From a virus (lineage: Duplodnaviria; Caudoviricetes), in IMG/VR virus record IMGVR_UViG_3300030708_002291, positions 1 through 53,406 of that record: 53,406 nucleotides of DNA, one strand, 5' to 3'. The notes under the pieces are model-generated. The model had not been told where the DNA came from. It made no database searches and worked only from the letters and a program-made list of their open reading frames with translations. A program made the translations under genes and the position numbers. Shown here one piece after another: positions 26,318-35,011 of the stretch (position 1 is the stretch's first letter; every line of letters starts with the position of its first letter).

Positions 26318-27411
26318 GCCATCTCTTCGACCACTTCCCAAGAGAGGTCGATATGAGATTGAGGAAGGTTGTCAAAAGCATGGAAGAGTTGCAGAGTTAT
26401 GTGTCCTCCATGAATGGTAAAGACAACCTGACGACGACTGTCTATGGCTTCAAGGAGTTGAAGCCCAACAAGACTAGATGTGAATATTCCACGGCCATCG
26501 TTCCCCACTTCGTCATCGATCTCGACAAAGGGAGGGCGAAGGAGATGATGGACATCGATGACTATGAGGCAGGGGAGAGATGCACCGTCGATACGCATAA
26601 CCTCGTCAAGTACCTGAACGAAAATGACTTGCGTCATGCAACATGGTTCAGTGGAGGAGGCTACCACGTCTGGGTCATGTTAGACACCATCTATGATGTG
26701 TCTGCCATGGAGTTGAACGACTTACTCTTCTCCGGTAGGGCCATGCTGAACAAGTGGATCAAGGACATGGATCTCATCACTGTGGATCCTGTGGTTTCAT
26801 TCAGGCCGGACAGGCACATAAGGATACCAAACACATTCAACTTCAAGAGGGGACTGTGGTCTATACCTGTGAACCAGAGCGACTTGGCCGCAGGATGGGA
26901 TAGCATCACCAAGATGGCGACCAAGGCATCCAGCGGTATGAAGGTCAGTGGCACTAAGGGAGTCCACATAGACATCGTTCACCGGGATCCGGGCAACCCC
27001 TTCATACTCAACAACACAGCCATGAAATTCGATAGCGATGACATCACGATATCCGCATCGAGCGTGTCTGGGATACCCATGCTTCCATGCATAGAGGCAT
27101 CTGCTTGTGTCAAGGGAAGCAACCCATCCCACATGCCGAGGGTGTATCTCTTGATGTATCTCTTGGATTACTTCAGGAAGTTTGCTAGGCCACCTAGCAG
27201 CACCAAGGTCCCACCATCGGAGATTCTCAACAAGACTCACAGTTTCATCCATGAGTTGGACTGGTCTGATTACAAACCGGATGTGACTCGTAAGATGATA
27301 ATGCATGGCATGAGCCGAGAATACATGACTCCGACATGCCCGACCCTGTATAGTCAGGGTCTATGTGTTGGCAAGTGTCCTTTCTATGATGGAAAAGGTG
27401 GTATATCGTGA
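26314..27411 (+). CDS. Archaeo-eukaryotic primase, PriS fused to a PriL C-terminal Fe-S domain
   Basis: VIDLD, FSGGGYHVW and RIPNT (AEP motifs I-III); PCI...H..R...P.C..L...G.C.G.C (PriL-CTD). Confidence 0.9.
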   Translation: MSHLFDHFPREVDMRLRKVVKSMEELQSYVSSMNGKDNLTTTVYGFKELKPNKTRCEYSTAIVPHFVIDLDKGRAKEMMDIDDYEAGERCTVDTHNLVKYLNENDLRHATWFSGGGYHVWVMLDTIYDVSAMELNDLLFSGRAMLNKWIKDMDLITVDPVVSFRPDRHIRIPNTFNFKRGLWSIPVNQSDLAAGWDSITKMATKASSGMKVSGTKGVHIDIVHRDPGNPFILNNTAMKFDSDDITISASSVSGIPMLPCIEASACVKGSNPSHMPRVYLLMYLLDYFRKFARPPSSTKVPPSEILNKTHSFIHELDWSDYKPDVTRKMIMHGMSREYMTPTCPTLYSQGLCVGKCPFYDGKGGIS

Positions 27412-27683
27412 CGACAGATGATGAATTAGAAGAGATAAGAAAGAAGAAGGCACAGACCCTGTTGGGGTCATTGGATGAAATGGATGAGGAGGAACGGAAG
27501 CAAGCCATGGAGTTCCTCCCATGGGCATTCAGGCTCAATCATGAGACTGGATTCATGGAGGTCCTTCAGAACGAGCAGTTGGTTGCTATAACAGTGGATC
27601 CCAGATTCGCTGAGATGATAACCGATATGCTGAACAGGGCACAACTTTTCCAAGATGCCTATAACATAGGTGGGGATGACTGA
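27408..27683 (+). CDS. Hypothetical protein
   Basis: GTGA coupling; DDELEEIRKKK N-terminus. Confidence 0.65.
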   Translation: MTTDDELEEIRKKKAQTLLGSLDEMDEEERKQAMEFLPWAFRLNHETGFMEVLQNEQLVAITVDPRFAEMITDMLNRAQLFQDAYNIGGDD

Positions 27684-28387
27684 TGACCAAAGTGATGTTC
27701 ATCGATCATAGGGAGAAGTCCGGGCTTGAAGAGTTAGTGAGGAAGTATCTCGACAAGAATAACCTCTTCCACCAAACGAGGGAGAACCTCATCACGGACT
27801 ATGCCTTCTCTAGCGTCGGCATAGAGGCCAAGTCCATACATGACTACATGCAATCATTGCAATCAGGTCATCTCCAAAGGCAGTTGCAGAACCTCGATGA
27901 CAACTACAATACCATGATATTGGTCATACATGGAACCGTTGACAAGTATGTCGCTGATGCTCGTAAGGCAGGGAGGAGGATACCCTATGCAAGGGCATGG
28001 GCATCATTCGTGGGATCCATTGCTAGGTTCATGACTGATTACGATGTCCATGTCGTGACGTTCCCAGATAGGTCATCTGCCGCTCGCTTCATCTGCAAGC
28101 GGTTTGAGAAGCATGGGACTCTTGGATCCTCCTCGACATACAGGATCATGCGAAAGACGGCATCAGAGGATAGGAGGGTGGACATCCTTAGGGCTGCTGG
28201 GTGCAGCCATGCCATAGCGAATAGAATGCTTGAGGAGTTCGGATCCATAGCGGAGATAACATCCGCCAGTCCCAAGGAGTTGCAGACCATAGAAGGGGTC
28301 GGTAAAATAAGAGCGAAGAGAATATCACAGTGTCTGAACAGCGAGGAGCCTGTTGCAGATGAGAGGGTGAAGATGAGTCGAGCGTGA
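27683..28387 (+). CDS. ERCC4/XPF (Hef-like) structure-specific nuclease with HhH motifs
   Basis: IDHRE, DY, GIEAKS..D...S..SG.L..Q and C-terminal FGSI..I..AS..EL..IEGVG..RA. Confidence 0.9.
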   Translation: MTKVMFIDHREKSGLEELVRKYLDKNNLFHQTRENLITDYAFSSVGIEAKSIHDYMQSLQSGHLQRQLQNLDDNYNTMILVIHGTVDKYVADARKAGRRIPYARAWASFVGSIARFMTDYDVHVVTFPDRSSAARFICKRFEKHGTLGSSSTYRIMRKTASEDRRVDILRAAGCSHAIANRMLEEFGSIAEITSASPKELQTIEGVGKIRAKRISQCLNSEEPVADERVKMSRA

Positions 28388-28435
28388 GAGGTCATATAGA
28401 ATAGCGGCTTTGGAAAGATGTCGGAGGTGTTGTAG

Positions 28436-29887
28436 TTGATTGGGGAATCTGTTGAGAATGCATCAAGGCGTAAGTGGAGTGACTACTCATTCGTCAATGC
28501 TCCATCGGCTGGAAGCAACTTCATACGGCAATATGTCGAGAGATTCAATACAGTATCATACTTCAATGAATATGCAGGCCTGCTATCATACTTCTATGTC
28601 TTGGGTCAGTATCTAGCACCATACATCAGGATACCAATACACGGTAGTCACATTGATTGCAGGACTCATGTATATTGGATTCAAGAGTCGAGGACTGGAA
28701 AATCAGTTGCATGGGACTTCACGGCTAAACTTCTCAGGGCGCTCGATATAGAGGCTGAGTCATTCACTGCTGGATCCGATGCCAAGTTGATAGGAACTGT
28801 CGAGAAGGTTCCGATCATGGGTGAAAATGGAAAGCCGACTGGAGATCATGACGTTGAGGTTATACCCGGCCTTCTCAATGGATACAAGACATTACTCTTC
28901 GATGAAGCGAGCGTACTGCTCAATGACCAGAAGGCATACTTCAGTGACAAGATATTGTATCTGCAACAGGCCATGGCTCCATTGGGTAGCGAGACGAACG
29001 TGTTAGTGAAGCATCTTGTGGGTGGATCAGTTCACACGCCATCTGGTGTGTCCTTATGGATGACTACGTTCCCTCCAAAGGATATTATGTCCCATGTTCT
29101 TGAGAAGGGTTTCTTCCAAAGAGTGTTCCTGTATCAGAACAGTGTAGACATAGAAACGAGACAAACCACCAGTGAGCATAGGATGAGTGGAGCATACGTT
29201 CCAGTCCCAGACAAGGTATGGTCGTATGATGATCTTGCTAAATCTATCAAGCAGACTGGTGACATAATCCGTGGCAGGATTCTCACAGCAGCAGGAATGA
29301 GTGAGGAAGACTACTCAAAACTTAGTGATGTGGAAAAAGAGAGGCTGGCGATAAAGCACAGATACGATGTGTTTCAGGTATCGTCCAACTTCTATCCTGC
29401 ATTGTTGAATGCGGTTGATGATTACTATGCCTTGGTTCGACAAGTCAGGAATGACAACATAAGGGAGACAGCCATGTCGTTCCTTCCGAACGTGGAGAAT
29501 TACACGCTGATATTCACTAACTTAATCGCTGCTACCATGGGATCGACCAAACTGACTAGCGATCATGTCATGATGGCGACTGAGATCATCTTCGACAACC
29601 TGAACAACCTGTTCATCTGGTTAGAGGAGAAGGAGTCATACAAACAGGCTAAGAATACCGAGGGTGCAATGAAGCAATGGAAGAAAGCGTGGGGTAAGTG
29701 CCACAAGATGGTCAACAACAGAGTGAACAGAGAGGTCGTTAGAAAGAGCCAGATCTTAGAGATATACTCCAAACTGACTGGTATTGCTGAAAGGACTGCT
29801 AGAAGGAGGATAGATGAGATGATAATGAGCGGGGTAGTCAAGACGGTCAAAGATGGAAGATTAGTCTTCGTGTATTTTGAGGTGTAA
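28436..29887 (+). CDS. MCM-like AAA+ replicative helicase with C-terminal winged helix
   Basis: H...I.ESRTGKS (Walker A), S.AKLIG, PG.L....LLFDEA (Walker B), LQQAM and GFFQR; no obvious MCM N-terminal domain. Confidence 0.7.
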   Translation: MIGESVENASRRKWSDYSFVNAPSAGSNFIRQYVERFNTVSYFNEYAGLLSYFYVLGQYLAPYIRIPIHGSHIDCRTHVYWIQESRTGKSVAWDFTAKLLRALDIEAESFTAGSDAKLIGTVEKVPIMGENGKPTGDHDVEVIPGLLNGYKTLLFDEASVLLNDQKAYFSDKILYLQQAMAPLGSETNVLVKHLVGGSVHTPSGVSLWMTTFPPKDIMSHVLEKGFFQRVFLYQNSVDIETRQTTSEHRMSGAYVPVPDKVWSYDDLAKSIKQTGDIIRGRILTAAGMSEEDYSKLSDVEKERLAIKHRYDVFQVSSNFYPALLNAVDDYYALVRQVRNDNIRETAMSFLPNVENYTLIFTNLIAATMGSTKLTSDHVMMATEIIFDNLNNLFIWLEEKESYKQAKNTEGAMKQWKKAWGKCHKMVNNRVNREVVRKSQILEIYSKLTGIAERTARRRIDEMIMSGVVKTVKDGRLVFVYFEV

Positions 29888-29889
29888 TC

Positions 29890-30606
29890 ATGGATAAGAG
29901 TCTATACGATTGGATGTTGGCAAACAACATGGCCACATTCAAAGTATTCACAACGACGGACCCAACTGGTCTGGAAAATGGGTGGAGATCCTTGCATGAT
30001 GTGAGCATCGACGCTGTGATATTCTTTGATGGAATGACCTTTGTCGTATTTCTGAATGATGATGTCCCGTTGATTACCACCGCTATAATCAATCCAATGA
30101 GAGTATTAGGGATGGAGGTCAAGCAACATAGGATGAATCAATTGCAGTCATGGCTGGACTCCGTGGCAGGAATCAAGTTGGTCGGATATGGATCGACCAA
30201 GTTCGATGGCCCTGTCCTCCTAAGGGAACATTATCTTGACATAAAGCATCAGGATGTCCTGAACATCGTCGGAGAGGCAACCGAGGTTCACTACGGCGAC
30301 TTCCCAAGAAGGATAGAGTTGCATGAACTGGCCTATTTGCAAGGACCATTCTCAAAGACCAGACATGTTTTCTCCTATCTATCAAGCCCACTATCTATGA
30401 TATCCAACTGGAGAAACGGCTGGGTGAGAACAGCCATCAAGGAGTTGTGCGGAGAGGTCGAGATGCTCGCAGGTCTATACAAGCACATGATGGTCAGTGA
30501 GGTTCTAACGATTAGAGATGAGAGGACTCAGCGGAAGGTCGAGATACCATTCAGGATCGACAGGCCCAGCGACAGGATAGAGATAGGGCCGATGGAGGAG
30601 GAGTGA
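29890..30606 (+). CDS. Hypothetical protein, possible degenerate RNase H-like/DEDD exonuclease
   Basis: LVGYGSTKFDGPVL resembles Exo II (VGYN...FD.P.L); Exo I and Exo III acidic residues are not evident. Confidence 0.45.
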   Translation: MDKSLYDWMLANNMATFKVFTTTDPTGLENGWRSLHDVSIDAVIFFDGMTFVVFLNDDVPLITTAIINPMRVLGMEVKQHRMNQLQSWLDSVAGIKLVGYGSTKFDGPVLLREHYLDIKHQDVLNIVGEATEVHYGDFPRRIELHELAYLQGPFSKTRHVFSYLSSPLSMISNWRNGWVRTAIKELCGEVEMLAGLYKHMMVSEVLTIRDERTQRKVEIPFRIDRPSDRIEIGPMEEE

Positions 30607-30791
30607 TGCCCTCCAAGACCCCATACAAGGACAAAGTGAGCCAAGTCTGCCCCAAGTGCCACAACAGGGTCCTCGCCATCAGGATAAACGGATTCTATTC
30701 CGGCTCCCGTGACAGGATCTTCCTCTGGGAGTGCCCATTGTGCGAGTGCGTCTGGAAGAAGACGAGGCCCAGACTGAAGGTTGCAGGATAG
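30606..30791 (+). CDS. TFIIS/TFS-type C-terminal Zn-ribbon protein
   Basis: CPKC.N...(hairpin)...FLWECPLCECVWK. Confidence 0.5.
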   Translation: MPSKTPYKDKVSQVCPKCHNRVLAIRINGFYSGSRDRIFLWECPLCECVWKKTRPRLKVAG

Positions 30792-30828
30792 AAGTTTCAA
30801 TAAAGGATTGACAACCTAGTGACGGTTG

Positions 30829-31044
30829 ATGTCAGCATTCGACAAGGCTTGGAACATAGCCAAAAAGGAAACGGCGAAATGCACAGAATGTGGCAAAGAA
30901 ATCACAAAAGGTTATCTCGATCAATCGGCAGGTTGGTTTTGTTCAGAAAAATGTTTGAACAAATATAGTCCCGGATTCATTGATTCACAAGAACATAAGG
31001 ATGCCTTTGAGAGTGGAGATACGGTTTGGACTACGGTGGAGTGA
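30829..31044 (+). CDS. Leader-tagged FCS-type Zn-finger protein
   Basis: MSAFDKAWNIAK followed by CTECG...WFCSEKC. Confidence 0.75.
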   Translation: MSAFDKAWNIAKKETAKCTECGKEITKGYLDQSAGWFCSEKCLNKYSPGFIDSQEHKDAFESGDTVWTTVE

Positions 31045-31049
31045 TAGAT

Positions 31050-31244
31050 ATGACCGCATTCGACAAGGCTTGGAATATTGTCAAAGAAGACAAAATGTTC
31101 GCACCGGGATTCTTTGACCGGGAGAGGAACATGAAGCGTCAGGCCACAAAAGGGACAGAATGCAAGGAATGTGGTATGCCGAAGAGGACATCCACGAACA
31201 TGATGATGCTTTCTGACGATGAAATGTGTAATTGTGAGGTATGA
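31050..31244 (+). CDS. Leader-tagged small Cys protein
   Basis: MTAFDKAWNIVK followed by CKECG...CNC; GGAGTGA site. Confidence 0.75.
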   Translation: MTAFDKAWNIVKEDKMFAPGFFDRERNMKRQATKGTECKECGMPKRTSTNMMMLSDDEMCNCEV

Positions 31245-31247
31245 CGA

Positions 31248-31664
31248 ATGTCAGCATTTAATGTAGCATGGGACATCGTGAAGAACGATGATGTGTCATG
31301 GAACCATATTTGGGAGGCAGGTCTTACCAAAGAGAAAGAAGGTGATGAATCTTTTCTTGTGAGACTCATTCAATTGCTCGATGATACAGGTCGTACATAC
31401 AGCGCGGAGCGCAAAGCGGTTGATCTGATGCTCAATAGTGAATGGCCAGTCGAAGATACGAAGGCCCGTATATACAGAACATTTCAAGGCACTCGGCCTG
31501 ATACAGCCATGGTGAATCCTTATGGGGATCGTAATAAACATGTATTCCTCAATGAACTCCCGCCGCCAGAAGTGGTGATGGACGAAGAGGAAGATAAACC
31601 GGGCGTGGTAGGTCAAAGATGGAGAACATCTAGTCGTGGGACGGAGTATGATATGTATGAGTGA
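31248..31664 (+). CDS. Leader-tagged hypothetical protein
   Basis: Begins MSAFNVAWDIVK. Confidence 0.75.
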   Translation: MSAFNVAWDIVKNDDVSWNHIWEAGLTKEKEGDESFLVRLIQLLDDTGRTYSAERKAVDLMLNSEWPVEDTKARIYRTFQGTRPDTAMVNPYGDRNKHVFLNELPPPEVVMDEEEDKPGVVGQRWRTSSRGTEYDMYE

Positions 31665-31857
31665 CGCTTTCGACATGGCTTGGGAGATTGTGAAGGGGGA
31701 CAATGTTCCCACCAACCCTTCCCTATGGTCACAGGCCAAGTCCAAGGCCAAGGCCAAGTTCAAGGTCTATCCCTCTGCTTATGCCAACGGCTGGGCTGCT
31801 AAGTGGTACAAGTCAAAAGGCGGCGGTTGGAAGAAGAAGGGCAAGGGTAAGAAATGA
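31657..31857 (+). CDS. Leader-tagged small basic protein
   Basis: MSDAFDMAWEIVKG followed by PTNPSLW...KFKVYPSAYANGW..KWYK.KGGGW, a basic module I recognise from marine phages. Confidence 0.75.
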   Translation: MSDAFDMAWEIVKGDNVPTNPSLWSQAKSKAKAKFKVYPSAYANGWAAKWYKSKGGGWKKKGKGKK

Positions 31858-32474
31858 TTGCCAGTCCCATCTCCAAGTCAGTTGACAAGGATCTCAGGCG
31901 ATGGTTCAAGGAGAAGTGGGTCGATGTATCCCGCAAGGACAAGGACGGCAAGCATCCTCCTTGTGGCAGGGATGAGGCCAAGACGGACAGCAAGGGATAT
32001 CCCAAGTGCAGGCCATCCAAGAAGGTCAGCGAGAAGACACCAAAGACATCGAGAGGCATGAGTGCCAAGGACAAGAAGGCGGCTACTAGAAGAAAGAGAA
32101 GCAAGCCGCAAGGGGTAGGGGGAAAGCCGACCATGGTCAAGTCAACGATCTGTGATTGCGACACATGCAACACACTGGCCAAGGCCATGCTCATCAAGGG
32201 CAAGAAGAAGGACAAGCCCTTCCATGGATACAACCCGAAGAGGCACAGTCGCAAGGGTGGCTTGAATGCCGCTGGTCGTGCGAAGTTCAAGAGAGAGACT
32301 GGAGCCAACCTGAAGCCCCCTGTCACGGAGAAGCCATCGACGTTGAAGCCCGGATCGAAGAAGGCCAAGAGGCGAAAGTCATTCTGCGCTAGGATGTCTG
32401 GTGTCAAGGGACCGACCAGCAAGGGCGGCAAACTCACACCCAAGGGCGCTGCGCTCAAGAGGTGGAACTGCTAA
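31854..32474 (+). CDS. Highly basic two-module protein (possible DNA-condensing core protein)
   Basis: Module 1 LRRWFKEKWVDV..CGR..YPKCRP; module 2 GGLNAAGRAKF..NLKPPV..RRKSFCARM..KRWNC. Confidence 0.75.
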   Translation: MIASPISKSVDKDLRRWFKEKWVDVSRKDKDGKHPPCGRDEAKTDSKGYPKCRPSKKVSEKTPKTSRGMSAKDKKAATRRKRSKPQGVGGKPTMVKSTICDCDTCNTLAKAMLIKGKKKDKPFHGYNPKRHSRKGGLNAAGRAKFKRETGANLKPPVTEKPSTLKPGSKKAKRRKSFCARMSGVKGPTSKGGKLTPKGAALKRWNC

Positions 32475-32887
32475 TGGCCAAGTCCGATGCTCCTAATTAC
32501 AGAAAGGCCACAACCAACAAGAAGTGTGGCAACTGCAAGGCATGGGACTCAAGCAAGACCGACGATCCTATGACTGGATACTGTGAGTGGTATGACTTCA
32601 ATTGCAGGGCTGATCATGTATGCGATGCATGGGCTCCTGATGACTTTGAGAAGGCGTGGGAGATCATCAGGTCGGATGAGAAGGGCAAGTTCCGTGGATA
32701 CTCAAAGAACACCATAGAGGGCAGGGCAGAGAGGCAGGGCAAGGCTCGCGCATGGAACAAGGCTCGCAAAGTGAAGAGGGGCAGAACCAGACTGAGGTAT
32801 GCTAGGAACAAGACCCGTGGGAATGTCAGGCCGAAAATGAGAAGGCAACTCGGCGCTGGTGGCAAGAGAGAATCCGTCAGCAGATGA
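32474..32887 (+). CDS. Cys4 domain, internal FEKAWEIIR tag and Arg-rich tail
   Basis: NYR..CGNC..CEWY..CDAW, then DDFEKAWEIIRS, then an R/K-rich module. Confidence 0.7.
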   Translation: MAKSDAPNYRKATTNKKCGNCKAWDSSKTDDPMTGYCEWYDFNCRADHVCDAWAPDDFEKAWEIIRSDEKGKFRGYSKNTIEGRAERQGKARAWNKARKVKRGRTRLRYARNKTRGNVRPKMRRQLGAGGKRESVSR

Positions 32888-32888
32888 T

Positions 32889-33980
32889 TCACTCATGTCC
32901 TGCATGGACATAGGTTATCTTGGCGTTGGTCGGTGTTCCAGTGTATCCAAGACTGCCATTGATGGTGACTGTCTTTCCAGAGATGGTGAAGTCAGATCCC
33001 TGAACTAGGTTTGCTATGAATCTAGGAGTTCCTGTCTTGTATATCATGACCTCAACAAGTTTGGTCGAAGCCTCATCTTGAGATCCGAGCGGCTCAAAGG
33101 CAAGAACCACATCAGTGGATGACCCGTTGTAAGATGCGGTCTTGATGGATGTCCTGTGGACTGGTGTGATCTGGTATGCTCCTCCTGACGTTGTGGGGAC
33201 GTTGGCGCTGGTCGTCTGGTCGGACTGGAAGAAGAGGTGAGTCTCACCAGCGCCATTCGGGTATGACCCCAATCCAGTCGGGTCACGGGCGAACACGAAT
33301 CCCATGTCGGTGATGGGGAGGTTGCCCGTGTTGTTGGTGATGAGGGTGTTGACGGGGCTGGTAGCGGCGTTGCTGGAGTTGATGAGGGCGGATAGCGGCA
33401 GGGGCCCCGGACGTAGGAACACACGCTTGTCGTTCACGTTGCCCACAGCGACCCCGCTGCTGTATGTGAGTCTGACAGCGGCCAGAACGATGGTCTGCTT
33501 GTCGAGGTGGGCCGATGGTGATTGAGGATAGACGCCTGATCCCGTGTTGACCTCGTTGCCGTATATCATGGCGATCTTGCCCGTGATGGCCGGATCGACA
33601 TAGACCAGCAGTATCCTCTCGTAGTTGGCCCCGGTCAGGGTGGGGAGGGTGCTGGAGTTCTTGGGGAACTTGCCAGTGTGGGACGACGAGGTGATGTCGA
33701 TGGACGCAGCGCCTATCGAGTGGAACACCCCATCGAGGAGGACCGTCCCCGCTGCGATGGACAGCGTGGTGGACGAGTGGCTCACGGCGCAATTGCCCAC
33801 AGTGCTGCTGTTGCGATTGCTATCATTGATATCGTTAAGTAGGATGGGAACGACACCATTCAGAAGTCCGCGTTCGTTGAAGTTCGTGAGGGTCGGGCTG
33901 GTCAGTATGTCCTGATCCAGAAGTCCGTCGTCCTGATAACTCTGAGCAGCCCTCTCATGTCCCTCGCCTATTGTCGCCAT
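32889..33980 (-). CDS. Virion structural protein (tail fibre/baseplate-associated)
   Basis: End of the tail operon; S/T/G-rich; ISAG-like TLSIAAGTVLLDG and LA.V.......V.DKR patterns. Confidence 0.6.
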   Translation of the reverse strand: MATIGEGHERAAQSYQDDGLLDQDILTSPTLTNFNERGLLNGVVPILLNDINDSNRNSSTVGNCAVSHSSTTLSIAAGTVLLDGVFHSIGAASIDITSSSHTGKFPKNSSTLPTLTGANYERILLVYVDPAITGKIAMIYGNEVNTGSGVYPQSPSAHLDKQTIVLAAVRLTYSSGVAVGNVNDKRVFLRPGPLPLSALINSSNAATSPVNTLITNNTGNLPITDMGFVFARDPTGLGSYPNGAGETHLFFQSDQTTSANVPTTSGGAYQITPVHRTSIKTASYNGSSTDVVLAFEPLGSQDEASTKLVEVMIYKTGTPRFIANLVQGSDFTISGKTVTINGSLGYTGTPTNAKITYVHAGHE

Positions 33981-34321
33981 TACCTTACCTCCATCAGAAC
34001 ATCGACCCTGACCTCATTGTTTGATGTCTTGTCGATAGGCATGAACGTGGCCCTGAATGCAGGGGTGTCGAGGGCGGTGTCGCCATGGAGGACGATCTCC
34101 TTGAGCGTCTCCGATGATGTCTCGGACGTGGTGAAGACGCCGGACACAGATACAGTCCTGTCGTCTATCTTGGTGACGGATGGTGTGATGGTTATCTGAG
34201 GGCTACCCGCGCCCCCGTCCCTGCTGGACGCCTCTCCCCCACTCGACCCCAGCGTCATCCTTGTGACGAGTGTGGATAGGTGGTCCGCTAATGCTGATTT
34301 CAGTGAATCAAGGACTGGCAT
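33980..34321 (-). CDS. Small tail/baseplate protein
   Basis: LKEI.L......FR.TF.PIDKT...EVRVD pattern; tail operon context. Confidence 0.55.
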   Translation of the reverse strand: MPVLDSLKSALADHLSTLVTRMTLGSSGGEASSRDGGAGSPQITITPSVTKIDDRTVSVSGVFTTSETSSETLKEIVLHGDTALDTPAFRATFMPIDKTSNNEVRVDVLMEVR

Positions 34322-35009
34322 AGTCTAAGTCACCTCCTCCAAGTTTAGTGGTCATGACTCCTCTTTCATTATCCATTCTTCTTGTTTCAGGATTATTTTT
34401 AGTATGGAATGCTCCTCTTGCGTCTGCGAATGACGCTTCATCCAAAGCAGTTTCTAGTGTTTGACGGTCTGTGATTCCTGCATCCCTAATTGCTCTAACC
34501 AAACTTGCCCTTTCCAACTCATCTAAAATATCATCTTTTCCAGAATGAAGAATGGACGATTCAAAGTCTCTTAGGGGATCTGAGAAGTCTCCAACTTCAT
34601 AATCCATTCTAGGAGGGACCATAATTTTTCCATCCCTTACATCTTTCTTGAACTTAGCAGCATCCATCAACGCTCTCCAAGTTGGAATGTATTCTCCAGA
34701 CAGAGGGTCGTATTCAACTGAAGATCGGAACTTATCGCTGTAAAAATCATCTTCAGGGCCTCCCATTTCTCGATAGTTTGATGTTTCATAACCTCTACTT
34801 GAATCGATACCATATCTATCTCCTGTCCTTGGGTTAATGTTTGGATCACTGTCAAAGGGATACATGAAACTACTAAAGTGAGGGATCCTAGAACCTCTGA
34901 ATGCCAGATTAGCATCTTCATCAAAGTATGAAGGTGGTCGCCCAATTGGACTTGGCATTTTGAAATCGACATCTTTGACGAGATCCCAAGCCTCACTGAA
35001 TACGTTCAT
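34308..35009 (-). CDS. Leader-tagged hypothetical protein within the tail operon
   Basis: Begins MNVFSEAWDLVK; visibly more AT-rich than flanking genes. Confidence 0.75.
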   Translation of the reverse strand: MNVFSEAWDLVKDVDFKMPSPIGRPPSYFDEDANLAFRGSRIPHFSSFMYPFDSDPNINPRTGDRYGIDSSRGYETSNYREMGGPEDDFYSDKFRSSVEYDPLSGEYIPTWRALMDAAKFKKDVRDGKIMVPPRMDYEVGDFSDPLRDFESSILHSGKDDILDELERASLVRAIRDAGITDRQTLETALDEASFADARGAFHTKNNPETRRMDNERGVMTTKLGGGDLDYASP

Positions 35010-35011
35010 TC

